Assembly (NCBI GenBank): GCA_041567215.1
Contig: JBFGRR010000001.1
Location: forward strand, 1-32,755
Origin: Acidimicrobiia bacterium
GTDB taxonomy: Bacteria; Actinomycetota; Acidimicrobiia; Spongiisociales; ZC4RG35
Reading direction: 5' to 3'
DNA length: 32,755 nt
Shown here: positions 16,965 to 24,053 of the stretch, one piece after another
How the letters are laid out: every line of letters starts with the position of its first letter
Numbering within the stretch: the stretch's first letter is position 1
Notes under the pieces: model-generated
The model's database searches: none
The model's input: only the letters and a program-made list of their open reading frames with translations
Told to the model about the DNA's origin: nothing
Program-made: the position numbers and the translations under genes

Positions 16965-17818
16965 AAGGCCAGCTCCGCGACGAGTCTCCGGGCCGCTTCG
17001 TCGGGTGTCGCGCCGCGGGCAGATCCACGCCGTGGGCCTGCACCATCGTGCACGAACCCCCGGAGGTGAATGTCTCGACCGACGATCTCGCCGACCACGC
17101 CCAACGCAGCTCGGCAGCCTGCGCCGGTGAGCGAGAGCACGGAACGCTCGGCCTCGACGACGAGCCTCGTCTTCGGCTCGTCGATCGCAGCCACGAGCGA
17201 GGCCGCGTGGCCCCCGGGCGCCACCTCGACAGCTATGGCAGCCTGGGCGGGTGCAGGCACCATCTCGTCGATGGTGAAGCGGTGGGTGATCGCGCCCTCG
17301 AGGCCGAGCCGGCGCAGACCCGCCTCGGCGAGGACGACGGCCCGGTACTCCCCGGATGCGACCTTCGCCAAGCGCGTCTCCACGTTTCCTCGGATGTCTT
17401 CGACGATCAGATCCGGACGCAAGGCGGCAAGTTGCGCAGCCCGCCGGGGACTCCCGGTACCGACCTTGGCGCCGGAGGGCAACTCGCTCAGGCCACCCCC
17501 ACACAGCACGTCCCAGGGCGCCGCCCTCTCCGGATAGAAGACTTCGAGCCCGCCGGGGCCCTCAACCGGCAGGTCCTTACATGAGTGAACCGCGACATCC
17601 GCCTCACCACTCAAGACCGCCTCCTGGACGGCGCGCACGAAGGCGCCCAACTCGGTGAGGGATGTGACTGGTGAGCGCCGGTCACGGTCACCCGATGTCA
17701 CGATCTCGACGAAATCTATCGATAGCCCCGGGTGAACGACCGCGAGCCTCTCGGCGATCCGTCGGGATTGCGCCAGAGCCAGGTTCGATCTCCGAGTGCC
17801 GATCCTCAGGTCAGCCAT
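16961..17818 (-). CDS. hemC: hydroxymethylbilane synthase (porphobilinogen deaminase)
   Basis: 285 aa from ATG at 17818 (MADLRIGTRRSNLALAQS). Contains HSCKDLP, GTGSPRRAAQL, RGNVETRL and the cofactor Cys in TGAGCRAALG. 8-nt overlap with the hemA stop. Confidence 0.9.
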   Translation of the reverse strand: MADLRIGTRRSNLALAQSRRIAERLAVVHPGLSIDFVEIVTSGDRDRRSPVTSLTELGAFVRAVQEAVLSGEADVAVHSCKDLPVEGPGGLEVFYPERAAPWDVLCGGGLSELPSGAKVGTGSPRRAAQLAALRPDLIVEDIRGNVETRLAKVASGEYRAVVLAEAGLRRLGLEGAITHRFTIDEMVPAPAQAAIAVEVAPGGHAASLVAAIDEPKTRLVVEAERSVLSLTGAGCRAALGVVGEIVGRDIHLRGFVHDGAGPRRGSARGATPDEAARRLVAELAL

Positions 17819-18962
17819 CCACGATCCCGAACGCAGCTGCCAGGACTTCCGTAGCCTGCTCGGGCCCGCCTCCGGAACGTAGATAGGAAACCGGGTTGGC
17901 GAGGAGCGATCGAGCGACCGTGTGTGCTGCCTGACGGAGAACTGCATGATCTTCGCCATTCCCCAGCTTGGTCGCGAACCGATCGACCGCCCTCTCGACG
18001 AGATCATCTGCAGCTCGCATCATCTCGGCAATCACCGGGCCGACCGCGGCATGTTCGGTCATACGACGGTGTGCATCCGCAGCGTGGGCGGCAACGAAGT
18101 CATCTGCCTCATGGGGACGAGGTCGGCGGGCGGCGAGACGAGCCAGGTCATCGATGCTCACATACTTCACCGCGGCGTGGGGTGGAACATCGAAATCGGG
18201 TGGCATCGCCATGTCGACCAGCGTGAGGGGGGTGGTCCGCCGGCTGAACACACTGTCGAGCGTCGTGCCATCGATCAAACGCCGCTTCGCCGAGGTCGCA
18301 GATACCACCGCGCCGAAACGCTCGATGGCCTCGATGGCGCGGTCGAAGCCCCACACCTCCATTCCGGCGATGGCGACCTTCTCGGGAGAACGCGCGACAA
18401 CGGTCACCCGCGGCGGGGCGGGCAAGCTCAGCAGCCCCATGATCACGGAGTTCGCCATGATCCCGGAACCGAATACGGCGACCTCCTCTGCCGTGCCGAC
18501 GACCTGGGCCGTGACGGCGGCAAGCGAGCTGTGAGGCGAACCGGGCAACATCTCCCTTGCCTGCCTTCCGACCGACACTGCCGTTTCGAGGAGCTTCGAG
18601 AAGAGGCCGCCCACGTCACCACGGGCCTCGGACACTTTCAGTGCGTGCCGGAATTGGGTCAGGATCTCCATCTCGCCCAGCACGGGCGATTCGAGACCCG
18701 CGGCCACGCGAAAGAGGTGTGATACCGCGTCCAGGTCCTGGCGAACCGCGGCGGCTCCAAGCACCGACGCGTCTCCGAAAATGGCCGACACAGCACGCGA
18801 CAGGTGGTCTGCTCCCCCCTCGACCGCCACCTCGATCCGAAGGCAAGTAGACAGCACGAACGATCCTGGAACCGACTTGGGTCTTCCCAGCTGCTCACTC
18901 AGACGGGCTCGAACGGTCTCGTCACAGTTCGGATATGCGAAGCTGGCCGCCGCGATCCTCAC
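17811..18962 (-). CDS. hemA: glutamyl-tRNA reductase
   Basis: 383 aa. Contains STCLRIEV (active-site Cys), AAGLESPVLGEMEILTQ and the NADPH-binding VAVFGSGIMANSV. GTG start at 18962 is preceded by GAGGAGGGAG. Confidence 0.9.
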   Translation of the reverse strand: MRIAAASFAYPNCDETVRARLSEQLGRPKSVPGSFVLSTCLRIEVAVEGGADHLSRAVSAIFGDASVLGAAAVRQDLDAVSHLFRVAAGLESPVLGEMEILTQFRHALKVSEARGDVGGLFSKLLETAVSVGRQAREMLPGSPHSSLAAVTAQVVGTAEEVAVFGSGIMANSVIMGLLSLPAPPRVTVVARSPEKVAIAGMEVWGFDRAIEAIERFGAVVSATSAKRRLIDGTTLDSVFSRRTTPLTLVDMAMPPDFDVPPHAAVKYVSIDDLARLAARRPRPHEADDFVAAHAADAHRRMTEHAAVGPVIAEMMRAADDLVERAVDRFATKLGNGEDHAVLRQAAHTVARSLLANPVSYLRSGGGPEQATEVLAAAFGIVDG

Positions 18963-19035
18963 GCCTTCGCTCCCTCCTCGTTGCTGAAAAAAAGCTACCC
19001 AACGGGTGTTTCAACGGCGAGTCGGAAAGTGGCCG

Positions 19036-19920
19036 TCAGGCCCAGTCCACAGGAGCCGCCAGCAACAAGCCCTGCGTCGCCGACTCCTGACTATCCGACT
19101 CGGGCTCGAAGGAATCGTCCCAACGGGCTCGCGGCGGCAACGACGCCAGAATCGATTCGGTCCGCCCCCCTGTCTCGAGGCCAAAGCGCGTGCCCCGGTC
19201 CCAGATGAGATTGAACTCGACGTATCTGCCCCGGCGCAGCTCCTGCCAATGTCGCTGGCGAGCACCGTGTTCCAGGACGATTCGACGTTCCAGGATGGGG
19301 CCGTAGGCGGCAAACAGGCTGTTCCCGAGGTCCTTTTGGAACGCCCAGACTTCGGCGAGTCTGTCGTCGAGGTGGTCGAAGAAGATCCCGCCGACACCGC
19401 GTGCCTCGCCGCGATGCGGAAGATAGAAGTACTGGTCACAGGCCTGCTTCCACGCCCCGTGGTCGGCAACTGCGTGGCGGTCACACACCTCCTTGAGCTT
19501 CTCGTGAAAACCTCGGGCATCTTCTTCGAAGAAGTAGCACGGTGTGAGATCGGCACCACCGCCAAACCAGGCCGCCGTGCCGCCATCCGCCTCGAAGTAA
19601 CGCAGATTGGCGTGGAAGGTGGGCGCGAACGGGTTGCGGGGATGGACGATTATCGAGACGCCCGACGCATAGAAATGGTCGCCGGCCGCGGCGAGACGGT
19701 CCGACAGCATGGTCGGGGTGCTGCCCCAGACTGCCGAAAAGTTGACGGCGGCCTTCTCGATGTGGCGCCCCTCGGTGAGGATACGAGTATCCCCGCCCCC
19801 TCCGCCGGGCCGCGCCCAGACCTCGGAGACGAACCCCGTCGACCCGTCGACAGCCTCGATCGCGATGCAGAACCTCTCCTGCAGCCCCCGGTACCACGCC
19901 TCGATGTCGGACTTCTTCAC
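19036..19920 (-). CDS. hemF: oxygen-dependent coproporphyrinogen III oxidase
   Basis: 294 aa. Contains IEKAAVNFS, VHPRNPFAPTFHANLRYFE, WFGGGADLTP, YLPHRGEARGVGGIFFD and GRYVEFNL. GTG at 19920 forms a GTGA overlap with the hemH stop. Confidence 0.9.
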   Translation of the reverse strand: MKKSDIEAWYRGLQERFCIAIEAVDGSTGFVSEVWARPGGGGGDTRILTEGRHIEKAAVNFSAVWGSTPTMLSDRLAAAGDHFYASGVSIIVHPRNPFAPTFHANLRYFEADGGTAAWFGGGADLTPCYFFEEDARGFHEKLKEVCDRHAVADHGAWKQACDQYFYLPHRGEARGVGGIFFDHLDDRLAEVWAFQKDLGNSLFAAYGPILERRIVLEHGARQRHWQELRRGRYVEFNLIWDRGTRFGLETGGRTESILASLPPRARWDDSFEPESDSQESATQGLLLAAPVDWA

Positions 19921-20945
19921 CCTGTTGCCTGAACCATCTCTGCAACGGCTCCAACCCAGGTCGGAGTGGCGTTGACGCAGGGAACCAAGAGCATCTCCTC
20001 ACCACCGAGACCTTCCCATTGGGCGCGGCCGCGGATGCCGATCTCCTCCAGGGTTTCGAGGCAGTCCGCAGTGAAGGAGGGTGTGAGCACCGCGATCCGA
20101 CGCACTCCCCTCTCATACAAAGCAGGCAAGACCCTGTCGGTGTATGGCTCGATCCACTTCTGCCCCGCCAGCCTCGACTGGAACGAGGTGGAGTGAGCAC
20201 CATCCTCGAGATCCAGCTCCGCCGCGAGACCCCGAGTGGTCGCGTAGCACTGAGCCCGGTAACAGAAACGGTTGTCGCCGACGATCCCATCACAACAGGC
20301 ATCCGTCGCCAGGCACCACCCCTTGGAGGTGTCACCCCGCCTGACCTGTTTCTCGGGAAGACCGTGGTAGCTGAACAGGGTGTGGTCGGGCCGGAAACTG
20401 CTGAGGAGTGGCCTGGCCACCGCAGCGGCGGCCTTCAGGAAACCCGGGTGGTCGTAGAACGCACCCAGGACGCGGATCTCGGGTATGTTCCAGCCACCTG
20501 CCAGCAATCCCAGCGTCTTCTCCACCGCCGATCCGCCGGCTGCCGATGCGTACTGCGGGAAGAGTGGGAGCACGATGATTCGCCGGCATCCAACCAAGGC
20601 ATCCAGAGCCTCTTCTATCGAGGGATTCCTGTAGCGCATGGCGTACACGACGCGGTACGTGTCGCCGACGACACTCTGAACCCCGGCCGAGAGAGCCGCC
20701 GTGTGGAGAGTCAACGGAGACCCATCTTCGGTCCAGATCTTCTCGTAGGCCTCGGCTGAGCGTCGAGGCCGGAAGGGGAGTATCACGGCATTGAGCAGGA
20801 GGGCCCGGGCCGGAGCGGGCATGTCGAGCACTCGAGGGTCGGAGAGGAACTCGCGCAAGTACCTACGCACATCCGGCACGGATGGAGAATCGGGAGTCCC
20901 CAATTGCAGCAGGAGTACGCCGGTCAAGTCACGTGATGATGACAT
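19917..20945 (-). CDS. hemH: ferrochelatase with an internal Cys-rich insertion
   Basis: 342 aa from ATG at 20945 (MSSSRDLTGVLLLQLGTPDSP). An alternative ATG at 20987 would add 14 aa. Contains FSYHGLPEK, FQSRLAGQKWIEPYTD and FTADCLETLEEI. Confidence 0.9.
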   Translation of the reverse strand: MSSSRDLTGVLLLQLGTPDSPSVPDVRRYLREFLSDPRVLDMPAPARALLLNAVILPFRPRRSAEAYEKIWTEDGSPLTLHTAALSAGVQSVVGDTYRVVYAMRYRNPSIEEALDALVGCRRIIVLPLFPQYASAAGGSAVEKTLGLLAGGWNIPEIRVLGAFYDHPGFLKAAAAVARPLLSSFRPDHTLFSYHGLPEKQVRRGDTSKGWCLATDACCDGIVGDNRFCYRAQCYATTRGLAAELDLEDGAHSTSFQSRLAGQKWIEPYTDRVLPALYERGVRRIAVLTPSFTADCLETLEEIGIRGRAQWEGLGGEEMLLVPCVNATPTWVGAVAEMVQATG

Positions 20946-21065
20946 GAGGGGGCAACCTATCCCGTGGAGGCGCCAAACGGAAGTCATCCCCGCCGCGGCA
21001 GACCCGCACCGTCATCGGCAACGCAGATCGTCCACGGCTGCCGGCACGCCCTAACCTCCCCCGCC

Positions 21066-21347
21066 ATGGCTATCAAGAAGATGCTCGGTGTGCTGCTGAT
21101 AGCGATCACGCTGTCGGCGTGCGCCCCCGGGACCGACTCATACAGCTCGGACGACCGCGCCGGGTTCTTCAGCGGTGTCTGGCATGGCTGGATCGCCCCG
21201 GTGACGCTGGTGTGGCAGATCTTCGACGACGAAGTCCGCGTCTACGAACCCGACAACACCGGTTGGTTCTACGACTTCGGCTTCTACATCGCAGTGATCA
21301 GCGGCTTCGGCTCCATCCGGCTGTTCAGGCGCGACAAGAAGGACTGA
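21066..21347 (+). CDS. small putative lipoprotein, unknown function
   Basis: 93 aa from ATG at 21066. MAIKKMLGVLLIAITLSAC is a signal peptide with an LSAC lipobox. A second hydrophobic stretch lies near the C-terminus. No clear SD. The track start at 20964 (GTG) adds an implausible 34-aa leader. Confidence 0.55.
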   Translation: MAIKKMLGVLLIAITLSACAPGTDSYSSDDRAGFFSGVWHGWIAPVTLVWQIFDDEVRVYEPDNTGWFYDFGFYIAVISGFGSIRLFRRDKKD

Positions 21348-21350
21348 GGC

Positions 21351-22370
21351 CTAGGCCGGGTCCTGTGCCTTCTCCGCGTCGCGGTGCTCTACGCGTCCGT
21401 CGGCATGCAGTGCGAACCTCCCGGAATCCCGATCGTGCACGGGACTGCGCGTGGACCATGGCCATCCGCCAAACCCCGTTCGCCTGTAGTCGAAGATCGC
21501 CGTCTGGATCTCATCGGCAGTATTCATCACGAAGGGGCCGACCTGCAGGACTGGCGCCCCGATGGGACGGCCCTGCAGCAGCAGGAACTCGGCGGGCCCG
21601 CCGTGATTGACGATCTGGGCGGGTGCATCCGACTCGAGATGCGCTCCGATACCGCTCGCCAGCCTCGATCCGTCGATGCCGACGTCATCCCCGGCGAAAC
21701 AGTGCAACATGCGGTTGAGGCCTGGAGTGGCGGGGGGTAGGACCCAGGAGGCGCCAGGAGCCAGCCGGATCAGCCAGATCGCCATCTCGGATCCGGGTTG
21801 AGACGCCCACGAGTCGGGCGGGGCCGCAGGCGCCGATACGCCGTCCAGTGTTCCTGCGATGACGTCGATGAACACACCGTCGCCCGCCACGACCGTGGGG
21901 ATTTCCTCGGACCAGAGCATCGAGAAATGAGCGGGCACGAGTTTGCTCTGGGGAGGGAGGTTCAGCCAGATCTGGAACAGCTCGAGCGGATTCTCCTCGT
22001 CCTGACGCAGGAGCGGGAACATCTCGGAATGCACCACGCCCGAACCGGTGGTCAACCACTGGACGTCTCCCTCGCCGTACCTGGCAGTCGCACCCAGGGA
22101 GTCCGAGTGGTCGACGTAGCCGCGCCTCACCACGGTCACCGTCTCGAAGCCGCGGTGTGGATGTTGAGGAAAGCCCGGGACGACGTCGCCGTGATACATG
22201 CTCCACCCGTCCCGGTAGCTGAAGTCCATGCCCAGGCTGCGGCCGGTCAGCGGCACCGCCGGGCCGAGAACGTCATTTCCGGGCGGATAGTGATCGACGT
22301 GATGGACGGTGAATATGAAGGGGTCGAGACCCACCCACGGAAACCCCAGTTCGACCAGTTCCTTGACCAT
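21351..22370 (-). CDS. pirin-family bicupin protein
   Basis: 339 aa. GFPQHPHRGFETVTVV is the pirin metal-binding motif. ATG at 22370 is preceded by GAGGAG. Confidence 0.9.
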   Translation of the reverse strand: MVKELVELGFPWVGLDPFIFTVHHVDHYPPGNDVLGPAVPLTGRSLGMDFSYRDGWSMYHGDVVPGFPQHPHRGFETVTVVRRGYVDHSDSLGATARYGEGDVQWLTTGSGVVHSEMFPLLRQDEENPLELFQIWLNLPPQSKLVPAHFSMLWSEEIPTVVAGDGVFIDVIAGTLDGVSAPAAPPDSWASQPGSEMAIWLIRLAPGASWVLPPATPGLNRMLHCFAGDDVGIDGSRLASGIGAHLESDAPAQIVNHGGPAEFLLLQGRPIGAPVLQVGPFVMNTADEIQTAIFDYRRTGFGGWPWSTRSPVHDRDSGRFALHADGRVEHRDAEKAQDPA

Positions 22371-22429
22371 CGCTTACTCCTCGGCGCCTGACCCGACGCT
22401 AGTTCGGCGCCCTTGCTACCGGTAGGCGG

Positions 22430-22966
22430 TCACTCCTCTTCGAGCATCTGCAGCAGCCGGTCGCGCACCGACTCACCAGGTTGGCGCGCCGGGGTGTCGG
22501 AGATGCGCCAGCCCTTGCGCGACGAATAGGTCAGTGCGGGCTCCTTCAGGCGCCCCTCGCCGACTTCCACGACCTCGCCGAACAGCAGCTGGTGATCTCT
22601 GATCGGAAGACGGTCGGAGACGACGACCCGCATCCATCCGACGCAGTCCCTCACCACCGGATTGCCACCGATGACCTCGATGTAGTCGCCAATGTGCTTG
22701 AACCGCCGGCCCGGATAGCTGAAGTACTGCGCCGGTTCGATCTGGTCACCCGCCAGCAGCGAGACGGTGAACCAGCCTTCCCGCTCGATGAGGGGGAAGG
22801 TGTCGTGCTTGGGGCTGATGCTGATCCCGACGATCGGATCTTCGAAGCTCAGCTGGTAGGTCCAAGTGGAGGTGTAGGCGCGGGTCACCCCGTCGCTCGT
22901 GCAGGCAACAACGTTCACGCCATATGTGAACTGCCCGATCACCCTCTTCAGGCCTGCCTCGATCAT
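22430..22966 (-). CDS. flavin reductase-like (FMN-binding split-barrel) domain protein
   Basis: 178 aa from ATG at 22966. VIGQFTYGVNVVACTSDG..AYTSTW...SISPKHDTFPLIEREGWFTVSLL resembles the flavin reductase domain. The track start at 23104 would run through the upstream terminator. Confidence 0.75.
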   Translation of the reverse strand: MIEAGLKRVIGQFTYGVNVVACTSDGVTRAYTSTWTYQLSFEDPIVGISISPKHDTFPLIEREGWFTVSLLAGDQIEPAQYFSYPGRRFKHIGDYIEVIGGNPVVRDCVGWMRVVVSDRLPIRDHQLLFGEVVEVGEGRLKEPALTYSSRKGWRISDTPARQPGESVRDRLLQMLEEE

Positions 22967-23019
22967 CTGCTCATCTTCGCCGGGAACCGGCGCGTTGCCC
23001 AAATATCCTGGGCGCGCGA

Positions 23020-23046
23020 AAAGGGGCCGGCAATACCGGCCCCTTT
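23020..23046 (-). terminator. intrinsic terminator hairpin after the repeat-protein gene
   Basis: Perfect 11-bp inverted repeat AAAGGGGCCGG / CCGGCCCCTTT with a 5-nt loop, 21 nt after the stop at 23067. On the minus strand the stem runs into TTTT. Confidence 0.6.
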
Positions 23047-23066
23047 CCTCGACTGTGAATCTCGAC

Positions 23067-23888
23067 TCAGGTGTCCTGCTCGCCCTTGATGACGGCCTTG
23101 ACACCGCCGACGCCCGAGGCGGCTACGTCGCGCACCGCGTGGACAGCCTTCTCGCCGATCGACTCGGCTGCCTCGAAGGCACCCGACGCCGCTGCAGAAG
23201 CGGCATCCTCGAGAGAGAGGCCGACCTCTTTGGCACCGGCGATCGCTCCGGCGATCGCCCCGCTGGTCACGCCGATGACGTCGACACCCAGGTCGCCGGC
23301 ACCCTTGACGAGCCCGCGAGCGGTGTTGCGGATGGCGCTGAGCGCATCGCCACCGATCTCGGCGGTCCCCCGGACGGCCCCGGTCACGGTTGCGGTGGCA
23401 GTTCCGATCATGTCGGCGCCGAGGTCCTTGGCTCCACCGATGACCGAGCTGCCCAGCGTGAAGGCGCCGTCTGCAAGGCTGACGCCGGTGGACTTGGTGG
23501 CGTTGATCAGGCCCTCGGCGATCCCGCCGACGGTCTGCGTCACGTCGCCACCGATGGCTCCGGTCCCCTTGAGAGCTGCACGCACGACGTCGGAGAGAAC
23601 CCCGACCGTGACCGTGGCTACTTCGCCGACACCCTGGAGTACGCCGATCACGACACCCTTGGCGGTGCGGACCACTCCGGTCCCGACCTCGCCAACCGCG
23701 GTGAACGCACCGGTCACGACATCGCTGACCGTGGAGCTGATCGTCGTTGCGACGTCGCCCACACCCTTCACCGCGGTCACGACCGCATCACGGGCAACAT
23801 CCGCTGCACCGGTGACGATCGATCCCGTGCCCTTGAGCAGACCTGTGATGCTCTGCCGCACCCGTCCGCCAGCACTTCCTTCTGTCAT
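23067..23888 (-). CDS. hendecad-repeat protein (23 x 11 aa), unknown function
   Basis: 273 aa from ATG at 23888, with GGAAGGAG 6 nt upstream. The third codon position is predominantly G/C in this frame. The gene has its own terminator. The track ORF (to 24350) adds 154 Arg/Pro-rich residues antisense to the LuxR gene, and I reject that extension. Confidence 0.75.
   Translation of the reverse strand: MTEGSAGGRVRQSITGLLKGTGSIVTGAADVARDAVVTAVKGVGDVATTISSTVSDVVTGAFTAVGEVGTGVVRTAKGVVIGVLQGVGEVATVTVGVLSDVVRAALKGTGAIGGDVTQTVGGIAEGLINATKSTGVSLADGAFTLGSSVIGGAKDLGADMIGTATATVTGAVRGTAEIGGDALSAIRNTARGLVKGAGDLGVDVIGVTSGAIAGAIAGAKEVGLSLEDAASAAASGAFEAAESIGEKAVHAVRDVAASGVGGVKAVIKGEQDT
23088..23846 (-). repeat. 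33-bp periodic coding array (23 units), diverged at the DNA level
   Basis: The translation parses without gaps into 11-mers: TGLLKGTGSIV / TGAADVARDAV / VTAVKGVGDVA / TTISSTVSDVV / TGAFTAVGEVG / TGVVRTAKGVV / IGVLQGVGEVA ... ASGVGGVKAVI. Hydrophobic or small residues recur at positions 3, 4, 7, 10 and 11. Confidence 0.8.
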
Positions 23889-23935
23889 CTCGCACTCCTT
23901 CCGTCTCGGCCGATCTGGCCTCCTGGGACCACCAT

Positions 23936-24028
23936 CGCACGGCAGGTGCGGTCCGTCCATGACCACCAGCGAGGTTCGCCCGACAGGATTCGGGCAGGAA
24001 TCTGCCAGGCGCTTGGCAGGCGGCTGCC
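23936..24028. promoter_or_regulatory. cluster of palindromes in the divergent intergenic region (candidate operators)
   Basis: GGCAG-gaat-CTGCC lies at 23993..24006 and GGCAG-gcgg-CTGCC at 24015..24028, exactly 22 bp apart. A third GGCAG (23941..23945) sits at the centre of CGCAC/GTGCG (23936..23950). CCCGA-N6-TCGGG lies at 23979..23994. Confidence 0.35.
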
Positions 24029-24053
24029 GGATCCGGCGCGGTAGCCTCGCCCC

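Noticed and set aside
21340-21365. GGCCTAGGCC palindrome (21348..21357), flanked by AGGAC/GTCCT, between the convergent lipoprotein and pirin genes, considered as a bidirectional terminator.
   Set aside because: The central palindrome leaves no loop. The effective stems are only 3-5 bp with an internal mismatch, and there is no U-tract. Too weak to call.
22416-22425. Perfect 10-bp palindrome CTACCGGTAG downstream of the flavin reductase gene.
   Set aside because: It is a zero-loop palindrome with no flanking T-run, and a single occurrence could arise by chance. It is not supportable as a terminator or operator.
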